NCBI GenBank assembly: GCA_036785375.1
Contig: JAWMAR010000008.1
Span: forward strand, 6,200,001-6,264,000
Length of the DNA stretch: 64,000 nt
DNA from: Leucoraja ocellata
Taxonomy: Eukaryota
Direction: 5' to 3'
Shown piece after piece: positions 11,626-24,139 of the stretch. Positions within the stretch are counted from its first letter, which is position 1, and each line of letters opens with the position of its first letter. A program made the position numbers and the translations under genes. The notes below the pieces were generated by a model that worked only from the letters and a program-made list of their open reading frames with translations, did not search any database and had not been told where the DNA came from.

Positions 11626-12545
11626 CATGTTCTATCAGGCATCATAGTGTCAGAGTTGGAGCAAGGGCAAGCATAAGTTCTGTCAGCGCTCTGTCCCCTT
11701 CTACAAAAAACCTGAAGATCTCACTGCAAACCACAATGGTTCAGGTGTGGGCTATTCCTCTAAGAAACATGAACTGGCCGTTCGTTCCCAGTCAAGCACC
11801 ACATTTTCTCTTGAACACGTGCTTCAATTTTGCAGCAATTATGTTCATTGGCTTTTGAGTGAAGAATTACATCATTACTCATGTCCAGATAACTCCACGT
11901 ATTATGCACATGCGGATATCTATATTTTTGATGAACTATTGCTTTGATTATAATTATTTACATCCATAATAATTCAGAATATTGATATTTCATGGAATGC
12001 AAAATAGCAGCCAAAGGCAGTTTCCCTGTGATGAATTCCCCCCCAAAAAACTGGAGGACAAAATCAGGTTTATCATTAATGATTGGAAAATAATGTTATG
12101 GGCTCTGGATTAGAAAGCATAGTGCTGAGAATAATTAACACCTTTGATGAAAATGTAACCTAACATCCACAATAAAATGTAGAAAACTAAACCTTAATGC
12201 AAAAAACGGGAAGAAAGTGCATTTCAGATAAAGATGTGCAAAGGACCATTATTAACTTGAAAAAATCAGGTTTAATCAAAGAATTAAATGACAAAATTGA
12301 TCCTCTCCTGAGTTCAAATTAGTTTTGATTGAGGAAAATAAAGGCAGAGCGAACTGTTTCCATCTAGTTATATGCATGTTGTTCAGGAAAGGCTTAAATG
12401 TAAAACATGTGTAACATTTTGACTTCTTGGATTGCTTAAGTGCCCATTGTAAGAAACTAATAGGCCACTTGCTTAAATAATTATCTTCATCAGTTTATTT
12501 TGAATCATGAAATAGAAATAAACTCTCTTGACTTGACTTGACTTG

Positions 12546-12631
12546 GGTCCCAAAGCAAAACGTCCTCTGTCCATTCCCTCCATAGTTAATGCCTGACCCA
12601 CTAAGTTCCTCCAGGACTTTGTGCTTTGCTC
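12546..12631 (+). mobile_element. Degraded Penelope-type terminal unit
   Basis: AAAACGTC...TGCCTGACCCACTAAGTTCCTCCAG, homologous to the other copies. Confidence 0.5.
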
Positions 12632-13030
12632 TGATCCTACAAGGGTTTTCCCTTAACTGTATTAAGATAGAAACACAAAGTTTGCAGTGTTGGGTGTGGT
12701 CATAACGCAGTGCTGGCTGCCAGTCACCCTGGATTATTTCATCATAGTGTATGTTTAGGTATTTCAGTTGGTATTGAGCTTCATGTTTCCTTTGCCAATT
12801 TTGGGATTATCTGAAAAGTAAAATTAGCCCCCTTTGTGAATGAGCTGCAATTATAAACTGGGCATTCACATAGCTCAATGGTACAATTAAATATTTTATT
12901 CCAGTTTCCTTTAGGAATTAGGAACCTGTGTGTGCATCAGCCATTTGCCATGTCTTCTTTAAACGGAGGTGCACAGATACCATAAGTGTAACTAGAGCAC
13001 CTCTATGGAAGGATGAATAAGATGAATAAA

Positions 13031-13290
13031 GAACATGGCACAGGAACAGACCCTGCAGCCCACAAGATCTGTGCAGATGATGATGCCAGTTTAAACTTCA
13101 CATCTTCCTGCACATGGTCTAGATCCCTCAATTTCCTGCTAGCTCACGTGTCTGTTTGAATGCCTCTATGGCATATTTGCATCCACCATTTCCAGACACC
13201 TCCTACTATCTGTGTAAAGCAACTTGCCCTGTAACCTGTATTAAATATGTTATCTCAACTTAAAACTATTCCCTCTGGTACTTAACATTT
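13031..13290 (-). mobile_element. Degraded CR1 3' tail
   Basis: GGCACAGGAACAGACCCTGCAGCCCAC...TCTGTGTAAAGCAACTTGCCC. Confidence 0.55.
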
Positions 13291-13330
13291 CAGCTCTGTT
13301 CTTATGGCTTCCATTTCTTTAAATGATCTT

Positions 13331-13650
13331 GTGGCACAATGGCACAGCTATTAGTGGCAGAGAGCTAAGTTCAATTCTGACCTCAAATGCTGTCTGTATG
13401 AAGTTTGCACGTTCTCCTGGTGACCATGTGAATTTACTCTGGATGCACTAGTTTCCTCCAACATCTCAAAGGCATGTGGGTAGATAAGTAAACTGGCCAG
13501 TGTAAATTGGCGCGCGTGTGTGGGTGACTAATATAATCTGTTGAGTTAATGAGAATATGGGAAGAATATAAGGGGAGTAATACAGGATTAATGTAAATAT
13601 GTGATTCATGATCAACTTGTGCCGTGGGGTTTTATACATGCTATATCTAT
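13331..13650 (+). mobile_element. Degraded HE1/V-SINE
   Basis: V-domain TGCTGTCTGTATGAAGTTTGCACGTTCTCCTGGTGACC. Confidence 0.65.
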
Positions 13651-14423
13651 CTTAAGATTGTTAAAACCCTGCCTTTGGTAGCAACATTTTGTACAGTGAC
13701 ACCAACAAAAGAGAAATATTGGTGCAATGGTTTGTTAAGTGCTGAGAAAAGTAGGCATTTAAAGTGAAGAGATTCTAATAACAATTTCCTTTATAATTGT
13801 AAACTGTTCTATGAGTGCCAAATCACCCATGAATCAGGAAATTGCATGCAGACCCTTCATATCCCTTGTCATTTTTAGTTGAACTCCTGCCATCTTTGAA
13901 ATTGCCTACTATTACTCACACCAGGATCACCTGAATGTAATGATCAGCGCAATTGGCAGAGATTAATACATTTAATAAATAAATTACGAATAAAATTAAT
14001 TTCATAGACTGTCATATTCAATCTCCGCCACCTTCTGGCATGTTTAAAACAAAACTTGGTCCAATAAAGTTTAAATGAAAGATCCTCATAAATAATGTGT
14101 AGAATTCTATATAATAACAGTGCGATTGTTGAGATATTACTTCCTATCACAAGATAGATGTCATCCCTTGAATTTTGGCATTGTTCCCAAATATATACAG
14201 GTTATATTATTTTCCGTGGAAAAACTTGCACCAATCACAATTCAGCCTTATATACTCTAATATTGAAAATATTTGAGACATTACTCACTGCAACAAAAAG
14301 CTACAATATAAAACTACTCCATGAATTGAAGGAAGATTTTATTGTAAGTACAGATTCCTCTTTTCATTGTAAGGTTCATAAAATTACTGTTCACACTTGT
14401 CATGTTATTACATTCAGTTATGT

Positions 14424-15240
14424 TTCAGTTTAGTTTATTGTCACGTTTACCGAGGTACAGTGGAAAGCTTTTTGTTGCATGCTAACCAGTCAGCAGAAAG
14501 ACAATGCATTGATTACAATCGATCCATTTACAGTGTATAACGTTTAGTGCAAGGTAAAGCCAGCAAAGTCTGATCAAGGATAGTCCAAGGGTCATCAAAG
14601 AAGTAGATAGTAGCTCAGCACTGCTCTTAGATTGTGGTAGGATGATTCATTTGCCTGATAACAGCTGGGAAGAAACTGTTCCTGAATCTGGTGGTGTGCG
14701 TTTTCACACTTCTATACCTTTTGGCTGTAGAAGTTGGTAAAAGTTGTGGACATGCCGAACTTCCTAATCCTTCCAAGGAAATAGTAGTGTTGGTGTGCGT
14801 TCTTGGTCGTTACTTCAATATGGGTGATCTAGTTGAAGTTGTTGGTGATATTGACTCCTATAACGGCATTTCGTTTGGACCTCAAGGGGTCCAAATGACA
14901 ATTAAATGTATCTTGTATCTCTTGTATCTTGTATCTATGAATTTGAAGTTTTCAGCCATCAATGCAAACTGGGGTATGTGTACCACTTCGCTTCCTGAAG
15001 TTGATCATTATCTCCTTTGTCTTGCTGACATTGTGAAAAAGGTTGTTGCCTCGACCCGAGGTTCTCAGTCTCTTGCATTCCGTCTCATCATAATTTGATA
15101 TCCTGCCCACAATGGCGGTGTCATCTGCAAATTTGAAAATGGAATTAGATTTGTCTGTCACAGTCATGGGTGTATAAGGAGTAAAGAAGGGGACTGAGAA
15201 TGCAGACTTGCGAAGTTAAGGATTATCGTGGATGATGGCC
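14424..15240 (-). mobile_element. Rex1/Babar LINE 3' fragment (internally deleted)
   Basis: RT motif KFADDTAIVGRIS and NVSKTKEIMINFRK (ORF 14952-15167); GACAATAAACTAAAC tail. Confidence 0.85.
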
Positions 15241-16129
15241 TAATCATCTAAAATAAAAGCACTGTCTTTTGTACCAGCAATGGCACAAATAGCAAAATAA
15301 AAATGTTGGCACATCCTGTTCATAAATGATGAGAAAAGTAAGTAAAGAATTTAGATTTCTAAAAACCTTTATACCTTCATACTGCTTTCATACCTTCATA
15401 CAATTCCAAGCATGATTTATAACATGTATGTCAGCCATGAATCAGGAAATGGTACATTTTAATGAAGCTCCTGGCAGCTTTGAACAATGATAATTACACT
15501 CATTCATCCCACCTGGGCATTTAGTGATGGACATAGTTGACCGAGATTAATATATTGATATATTTGTTTAAATATTTTAACATGTTTTCAAACCATTGAT
15601 TAATAAATTCGATTTAAGAAATGTATTTTTCTCATGCATGGAAAACATTGCTCCCTACCAAAAAGAAAACTCCCATCTGTGCAAAGGTCCTCCATGAATT
15701 GAAGAAGTGTTTTACAAGAAAATATACCATTTCATTGTGAGGTTCATGAAGATACCACCATGCGAGCAATGTGTTTAAATTTGGTGACGTCCATTATTTT
15801 AACAGCACGTATTCATTCTCTGACTTGTGCTTTAGCATAAATGATGAAATGGTAGATTATATTTCTCTCAGGATGAAGCAAGCCAGATGGTCTTTCTCGT
15901 ATATGTTCATATTATTGTGCATACGATTAATTTGAATAACTCAAAATCAGATTCTAATCTGAAACTCATTCATAGATATTCTTATTCTATTTAAGATATA
16001 TTGGCATGCCTTTTACAGCATTCCATTTTTTACCTCAATTTATTACTCAATGCATAACCTACAGTTCACAGTTATAAGCCCATAACTTGTTCTCCATTTT
16101 TATTTAAATTATCTTAAACTTTTGAGTAT

Positions 16130-16465
16130 ATTCCAAGCATGTAATTCACCAAACATCAAAAATGATTAAGATTCTAGCCTGTAAGATCCCTTATTCTGTA
16201 TATAGATTATTAAGTCAATCGATTCCAGCCAGTAATTCACTCTGGGGATCCATTCTTCTGTATATAAACCATCTGAACTGCTTGATTAAATCCCTTCCTG
16301 TAATTCACTTAGAGGATCTATTATTCAATATATTTCAACTATTTGGGATGCTTGATTAGTTTCTAGCCTGTAATTCACTCATGGAATCCTTTATTCTATA
16401 TATAAACATTTGAACCGTTTAATTAGATTTCAGCCTGCATCTCACTCTTGGGATCTATTATTTGC
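16130..16465. repeat. Degenerate minisatellite, ~68-70 bp period, ~5 copies
   Basis: Recurring (TT)CYAGCCTGTAATTCACTC...GGATC...TTATTCT at about 16131, 16170, 16221, 16289, 16359, 16427. Confidence 0.7.
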
Positions 16466-17360
16466 TACATCTTAAGTGCAGTTACAATATTCTTGCCATT
16501 GCAGCATCATAAAAATAACCATTGCAAAGGACAAGCTAAAAGAAAATATTTACAATTTGTCTTTCATATGCTATTTTAATTATATTTGTAATTGAAAAGA
16601 TGAATCTAAAGACAGCAACAAAATTGAACATCTTGAATTTCATCCATTTTTCCACATTCACCCCCTTTCAAAGACTAAGTGCTTAACTAATACCCACGGA
16701 ATATAATTTTCAGAAATAAATGTCAATACATAAATGTATGAATGCAATTACAAACACAGGTTTAGGCAATTACTTGACTTCAAGTGCCACTGTGGAATAT
16801 GTTCTTTAATAAACCAAACACAAAAGATATTTCATTTCAAGTGATAAAGGTTATCCTTCTAGCTGTATTATCCCAGCGCTCCTTACAGTCCAGAAATCTC
16901 TCATTCTCTTCAGTCAAAATGTAACCTTCACAGACAGCCTGTATGTGGTGGCATCTTCAACCCTGCACTTTAACCATTGATTTTTCTTCGATGTTTTTCT
17001 AATTAGATCTGGAATAAAAGTTAAAACTATTTTAAAAATCAGTGCAGAACTTTCTGTGCATAAACTGTATGAAATGAACAGATGCAGTGTCTATGGAAAT
17101 ACAATTATTTACTTCTAAGATAGTCAATTCTGTAAATACTGAACACTATAACATTTGGGTCATAAAACATTAGGATTATCGGTGATTAGCTTCTTTCCTT
17201 GTATTAACTAAGTGTGCATCCATTAAATAAACACAAAATCTAGGATTCTAAATAGCTTTTCGTAAAGATAAAGCGAACAGGTAGCACCAAAACAATGCCA
17301 CACAATACAGCTACATAAAACTTTATAGTCTTACATGATAGTCTCAAATGTAAAGTACTG

Positions 17361-17845
17361 CAGTGCCATCCATAATGTTTGGGACAAAGTCCCATCATTT
17401 ATTTATTTGCCTCTGCACCCCACAATTTGAGATTTGTAATAGAAAAAAAAATCACATGTGGTTAAAGTGCACATTGTCAGATTTTAATAAATGATATTTT
17501 TATACATTTTGGTTTCACTATGTAGAAATTACAGCAGTGTTTATACTTAGATCCCTCCATTTCAGGGCACCATAATGTTTGGGACACAGCAATGTAAATG
17601 AAAATAGTCATGTTTAGTATTTTGTTGCATATCCTTTGCATGCAATGACTGCTTGAAGTCTGCAATGCACGGACATCACCAGTTGCTGGGTGTCTTATCT
17701 GGTGATGCTCTGCCAGGCCTGTATTGCAGCCATCCTTAGCTTATGCTTGTTTTGGGGGCTAGTCCTCTTCAGTTTTCTCTTCAGCATATAAAAGGTATGC
17801 TCAATTGGGTTCAGATTGGGTGATTGACTTGGCCACTCAAGAATT
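17361..17845 (-). mobile_element. Truncated second copy of the same Tc1 family (one TIR plus transposase C-terminus)
   Basis: Colinear with 7109-~7594; encodes WPSQSPNLNPIEH on the minus strand. Confidence 0.9.
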
Positions 17846-19229
17846 GGAGCATTTCACCATGTCCAAGAATGTTTCACATGCCTTGAATTTTGCATTGATT
17901 TTTATCACAAATATCGCTGGCCATTCAACATCATTGTAGCATGTTGGACAAAATATAAACTTTCAGTGTTCTTCCTATAAAATTATTGCTCTGTTTTTTT
18001 CCCATGGTAATGTTAATACACTGGCTGCACAGTGGGCCACTGTTTATCTAGATGAGAGTGGTGTCATCTAGCTACACACTAAGTCCAAATACCGGCAGCC
18101 TAACAGCCATGTGTAGCTTGGTTTCTGCCCATTTCCTTGGTTTGTGTAATACTAATGAGACTCAGACTTTGCAGAAAGAAAGGGAAACCCCAAGCATAAA
18201 CGGTATTAAAAAAATGTTGCAATTACTATATTGTGGAATATTAAAACAAAGCTCAGCTAGACCAAGCTAGAAACAGATATGTGAAAAGGCAATGTTTTAC
18301 ATAAAATTGCAGCCCCATCTTATTTAGCATTGTTTCAAATAAACATTTCATAAAACTGATCAAAATACAATGTAATATTTGTATTATATGTTGGGCATTT
18401 CGTTGGCTCATTCTCTAAATGGCAATGGTGTGCATTCAGATTTTTGGTATTCTTCAACAATCCCTCAGGGTTTGCTTTCACTGATTCTCTGGATCCTGAA
18501 GTGACTGATGAGGGTGCTCTGAGCACCATTGATTCTTCCACAGAGGAAGGACAGATGGGTTCTTTGGGTAGTGGTGAACTCCTTCCGTTTAGGCTCGAGA
18601 TCCGTGTGCTTATGAGAAATGTACTCAAACTTCTCAATGCCATCCCAAAAGCTCCTCCCTCAACCATACTGTAGTTCTTAACATTGACTGAGCCTATTGG
18701 AAGTAACCTCAAGAATATTTTGAAATGAGCTTGTAGATTTAATTATGCATGCCGACAAATACAAAATACAAATAATTAATAGTATTACTTTTATATTTCC
18801 TTATAACATAGGAGGCCATATACTCATCAAAGCTATGCCAACAGAGCAATCCCATCCCCCACTGATTTTCCTTGTGTTCTCCCTACAATTCTATCAACAT
18901 CCTCCACTTTCTAACATTCACCTACACACCGAGGGTGATTTACAATGGACGCAGGTCAGGATTGAACCTAGTCACTGGGGCTGTGAGGCAGCAACTCTAT
19001 TAGCTGTGCTAAGGTGAGTCACTACCCCAGAGATACAGAACAGTGACAAATGATTATAACTACAATCTTTCAGCTTCTCCATCCTTGATCTCGGGAGATA
19101 ATACAAGTAGAAATGCGACATAATACAGAATTAATGTTCCAATGTTCAATGGAAGCACTTTCAGACGTGTTGATTAACAGATATTCAAATGTCTTGATGT
19201 GAACCAATGCACAAGGAAAAAAGACCCTT

Positions 19230-19600
19230 ATCATTTTATAATTTCCCTTCTTGTGGTGAGACTTCAAACGCTCATCAACTACTCCTGCCGTCACCTTCCA
19301 CCATAACACAAACAGCATGCCTGATAAGGAGGCCTGATAACTTCCAAGAGGAAGAGAGTACATACTATGCTGAAGCAGATGCATATCAACATCCTTGGTG
19401 CATTGTATGACCTGCCTGATAGATCGCAAAAGCTGTCTAGGAACACGGAGGTGCTCATGCGGAACCAGGAGCAATTTATTTGAAAATGACAGGCACATTT
19501 ATGCCAGCTGGCACTGCATTATCAAGGCTGATATAACTGATTTCTGTTTTCATTGGAAACATGGGTGGAGGCCATTTAAATTACTCGTGATTCTTGATGT
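19230..19600 (+). mobile_element. Highly degraded Gypsy-like pol (RNase H/integrase) relic
   Basis: Short motifs in the expected order: RLQTLINY (cf. RLQRxxL), MLKQMHINILG (cf. LxxIHxxHLG), W...AD...WK. Confidence 0.35.
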
Positions 19601-19840
19601 TTATATGACAGAAAACTTTTTATTGACCAAGAGTCCTCTGCCTCTCCAGTCAAAGGTCGGCTAATTCAAACCCCTGTAGCCAATGCTGTTAGTTGGGAGC
19701 AGATTGCTGCCTATCAGGAGAACTCGGATGCCTCATGCAGGAGTAGACAGCATCGGGACCTGTCCATTGGTTATGGTTGCTTTTACATGTGTGGATCACA
19801 GCAGTTGTGCAGCATATAACTCATTTTGACTAACTCCCAA

Positions 19841-19910
19841 CCCGAAACGTCACCCATTTTTTCTATCATGAGATGCTGCCTGTCCTGCTGAGTTACTCCA
19901 GCATTTTGTG
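19841..19910 (+). mobile_element. Penelope-type terminal fragment
   Basis: CCCGAAACGTCACCC...GAGATGCTGCCTGTCCTGCTGAGTTACTCCAGCATTTTGTG. Confidence 0.65.
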
Positions 19911-20085
19911 ACTAATCTATTGGAGTTCTTTGAGGATGTATCTACTAGATTACATGAGAGGAAGCAATGGATGTGGTGTATTTGGATTTTAAGAAGGTGT
20001 TCATTAAGCTCCCAGCCAGTAAGTTGGTGAACCAGGGTTAAAGTGCATGGCATTGGTGGATAATATAACAATGGGTTAAGAAATG
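19908..20085 (+). mobile_element. CR1 RT fragment
   Basis: TNLLEFFEDVST...MDVVYLDF-KVF. Confidence 0.75.
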
Positions 20086-20390
20086 TGCACTTGAGCAACT
20101 AACTATGGACTTCCATAAGGTGAGACTATGCTACATCTTTTTTTACACTAATAAATACCTGATAGGTTGAATGGTCACCTTCAATGAGCAAGTGACTCAC
20201 CTCCTGGCTTCCCCAAATTCCTCAATTTAGTGGAATTAGTGTAATGACAACAACATGCAAGAGCCTTAACATCATCTAGAATAAATTAGCCCACGAGTGA
20301 GTATTGCATTCTCCAGTATAACATAAACTGCATCCACAAATAGCACAGTAGGTCTCATCTTCAAAATGGTCTGTTTGCCAAGACTATTTT

Positions 20391-20732
20391 AATAATAATT
20401 AATAATAATAATGGATGGGATTTATATAGCGCCTTTCTAATACTCAAGGCGCTTTACATCGCATTATTCATTCACTCCTCAGTCACACTCGGTGGTGGTG
20501 AGCTACTTCTGTAGCCACAGCTGCCCTGGGACAGACTGATGGAAGCGTGGCTGCTAATCTGCGCCTACGGCCCCTCCGACCACCACCAGTCACTCACATT
20601 CACACGCAGGCAGAGGTGGGTGAAGTGTTTTGCCCAAGGACACAACGACAGTATGCACTCCAAGCGGGATTCGAACCGGCTACCTTCCGGTTGCCAGCCG
20701 AACACTTAGCCCATTGCGCCATCTGTCGTCCC
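20391..20732 (-). mobile_element. Young tRNA-derived SINE with L2-type tail, resembling teleost AFC/CORE SINEs
   Basis: A box TGGCGCAATGG, B box GGTTCGAATCC, CORE-like GTGTCCTTGGGCAAAACACTT, tail GTAAAGCGCCTTGAG...AAAGGCGCTATATAAAT plus (ATT)n. CpGs retained. Confidence 0.9.
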
Positions 20733-21054
20733 TGTAGAGTCGATTGGAATATGGGTGTGTGGTCGCACAGTGGGATGACACCAAATTCAGGTCAAAGATG
20801 CATGTACTTATAACCGGATGTGGCATCCTGGTAACGGTAGACAACTGGTGGCCTTTGTTTACACTTAACAGAATGAGGTCTTGGTTTATTGACCTGAGGA
20901 ATCAGGTCAACTAGATACTAGACTCTGCTGTATGTGAATTAATACTCACAGGTGGTAGGCACAAGGTTGGTTACCAACTTGCATATACAAACATTAGCTC
21001 CTGCAAACATGCAAATGCACAATCATACATGCATGCATACATATGCACACACTT

Positions 21055-21190
21055 AGACAATAGACAATAGGTGCAGGAGTAGGCCATTCGGCCCTTCGAG
21101 CTAACACCGCCATTCAATGTGATCATGGCTGATCATTCCCAATCTGTTCCTGCCTTCTCCCCATATCCCCTGACTCTGCTATCTTTAGGA
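21055..21190 (-). mobile_element. CR1/HER1 3' tail
   Basis: AGACAATAGACAATAGGTGCAGGAGTAGGCCATTCGGCCC, the same tail as 31900-31965. Confidence 0.8.
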
Positions 21191-24139
21191 GCTTTAACTT
21201 GTGACATACACATATGCCCTGAATACCTGTTCCTTATTGCCTCTCACCCACCTCCAAAATCTTTCTGTCCATAGTCCCAACTACACACTGGTCTCGCAAA
21301 CCAGGCCACACACCCAGCCCTTTCTCTAGCCACGTACCTGGCCACATTCCCAGCCCACAAATCCACCCACGTTCCCAACAGCTTCTCTTTTGTGAGTCAT
21401 CTTTTGCCAAAATTCACCAATTCCTTCAATTAAGTTCACCTCAGTCTTTGGGTGATTGAAGAAAAGCGTATTTGAAGATCAAAACTCATGATATTCAGAG
21501 CAAAACTGATCTGTGCCTAATACTGATTTACAATTGGAGATTGAATTGTATAACTATAAATTACCCTCTATAATTCTCTATCCCCAAATATCCATGCTGA
21601 GCCAAAATATATTGGTTTTCATTTGAAATTTTAAACTGACTTGGCCTCAGTAGCGTTTCGATAAAAGTATACTCTACTTGTGAAGAATTGCCTTCTAATA
21701 TCATCGAAGAATGACCAGGCCCTACCTTTAGTGCAGTGCCCACCCACACCATCACTCTCCTACCAGCAAAATCAGTAACTTTCGTATTCGCAATTTATCC
21801 TGTACATCATTAACTTAGAAACACGGACAAATGATTTGACTCTTAACATCTATATAATTGTTCTAAAGAGTGCACACAGGACTTTCCAGGAAAAGCCTTA
21901 AGTAAAACAGGCATCAAACCTGATAAGACTGTTATTTTTGTCTTAATTAGTGCTAATCTAATTAAAAATCCTTGGTTGAATCAATTATACACTGTCTACA
22001 TTACTCAATAAGGTTACTTAAAGACTGACTACATTAATTTAGGAGTACTTAATACTAATGACAAAGAACAGCCAGGAAAGTTTTTCTATACCATTAACTT
22101 ACGTGGATTCATGAGCTCACTTAAACCTGGAACTGATGGAAGATATTCAGTGTATGTATTAGCAACATAACGTGCTGGCTTGAGGGATGATCTAAAATAT
22201 ACTCAGCTATGAAAAGCACCATATAATTTCCAAAAAGATAAATTGGCCGCTTTTTTTATTGATGAGAAGCAAATTGAATAGCACCAAAATAAAAGAGAGA
22301 TTCTCTGCATGAATGATAATGAAACAAATGCAAAAACAAAAAATGGCTGGATGGGTTTGCACAATGGCTCCTCAAGCATCTGAAGGAAAACAGAAAACCC
22401 ATGAGAGTGCCCAATCCCAAGCCGCCGTCCTTGATACTGCAATTCTAAAAAGACAATTGGCTCCAGTAACCAGAGCACAACACTCGCATACCCAATACCA
22501 GATTTGCAAGATATTACCAAATGCACAGGGAAAACAATTCATGGACGTTTCTAAATCTTTCTTGAGAAGGAAAAGGGGAAAAAAAAATTCCGACCAACAC
22601 ATGCACTGTTACACTTTATCTAAAGTGGGCCTCAGCTATGAATGTGCCTGAAAGCCTTAACCCTTGTCTGCAATAAAACATGCATCAAGCTCACACGGAG
22701 TTTATGGTGCTTGTTGACCAGTTTCTTGGCCACCTTTGCAGAGTGAATGGAAAGCATGTACAGTTCCAAAGGATCTTCTTTCTCAAGCAACTAGTCAATT
22801 CCAATGTTTCACGGTGAATCAGCTGAACACCAGGTATTACTTTATCAATAACATCTGTAGCTGTGCTTATTCCTTAGTATTCAAAGTGGAATCATTCATT
22901 CCGACCAAGTGGAATAGTTAAGGATCCTTACTGACAAGTGCTGTGATTGAAGTGTAAACAACAAAAAAATCAATATCAGCGATGTAATTGGCAATCAGCC
23001 TGCTCACAAAGGCTGGAAACTGGGATTGCTTGCCGTACAGCTACATAACAGCAGATTGTGCAGCTGGGTTGCTGTGCTAAATAATCCAACGCTGATTTCT
23101 GAAGAGACTGTTGCCAAGAGCCAGCAGCCTGAGAGACTCTGTGCTGAACAGGTATCTTGGCATATCAGCATTGTCACATGCATAAGTAATGCTAAATGCA
23201 AAGCTGATGGCAAACTCAACAACTCAGCGAGCAAAATATTTTGACACATTCATCTTTATTGACCAATTCTGAAATGCCTATCAGTAGAATCTTGATGCTG
23301 TCTGCACCATGATATGACAAAGGAATAAAGAGCAGACTAATCTGGAAAGAGCCCCATCCATTGATCCATTCCACTCAGGATATGAAGAATCATTAACGCT
23401 CATTTTGCTAAATGAACTAGATTTCTACCTGGTAGCATAGCCTCAATAATAGTACAAGATGTTAGAGTCATACGGCACAGAAACAGGCTCTTGAGACCAC
23501 TGATTCTGTGTTGACAAGCCCAAGGAGCAATTTACAGAGGCCAGTTACCCACGAACCCACGCATCATTAGGACATGGAAGAAAACCAGAGCATCCGGAGG
23601 AAAACTATACAGTCATAAGGAAAACCTGCAGACTCTACACAGACTATACTGAAGTCAGGGCGGAACTCGTAATATCCACAAATGATTTCCAGTTTTGGTC
23701 TCCACAATGGCTTGGGATCAAGGGAGGACCACATCTGTTATGCTATCTCTGAGTGATGTGGGAATTGAGCCCCCGATGGAAGTAAGAGAAGGGAGAAGAT
23801 TGATAGATCACCACACCTTCAGAGAAACAGGTAATGTTGCAGTTCCAGGACATCAAGTTCACTTTTCCCACACAACTTGCACAGCTCTGAAAATTACAAT
23901 CCTTGATGGTGAGAAATGGAAACATCTACATGATCGTGTCCTCTCCAATCTACCATGGCACGTGGACTTCTCAATGATAGTACCTATGAGAGTGATCACA
24001 GTGCTGTTCCTTGAAAGATAAAGTCTCATCTCTATGCCTTGTTGTGTAACGCTATAATTGTGTTAAATGGAATAGACACCAGACTGATTCTGTGGCTCAA
24101 AACTAGTCATTCATGTAGCACAACAAGGACAGATTTCCC

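Noticed and set aside
20660-20732. tRNA-Ala(GGC) gene
   Set aside because: No proper acceptor stem; it continues into a SINE body and tail.
20733-20851. Possible second solo LTR (TG...CA)
   Set aside because: No TSD or convincing inverted termini.
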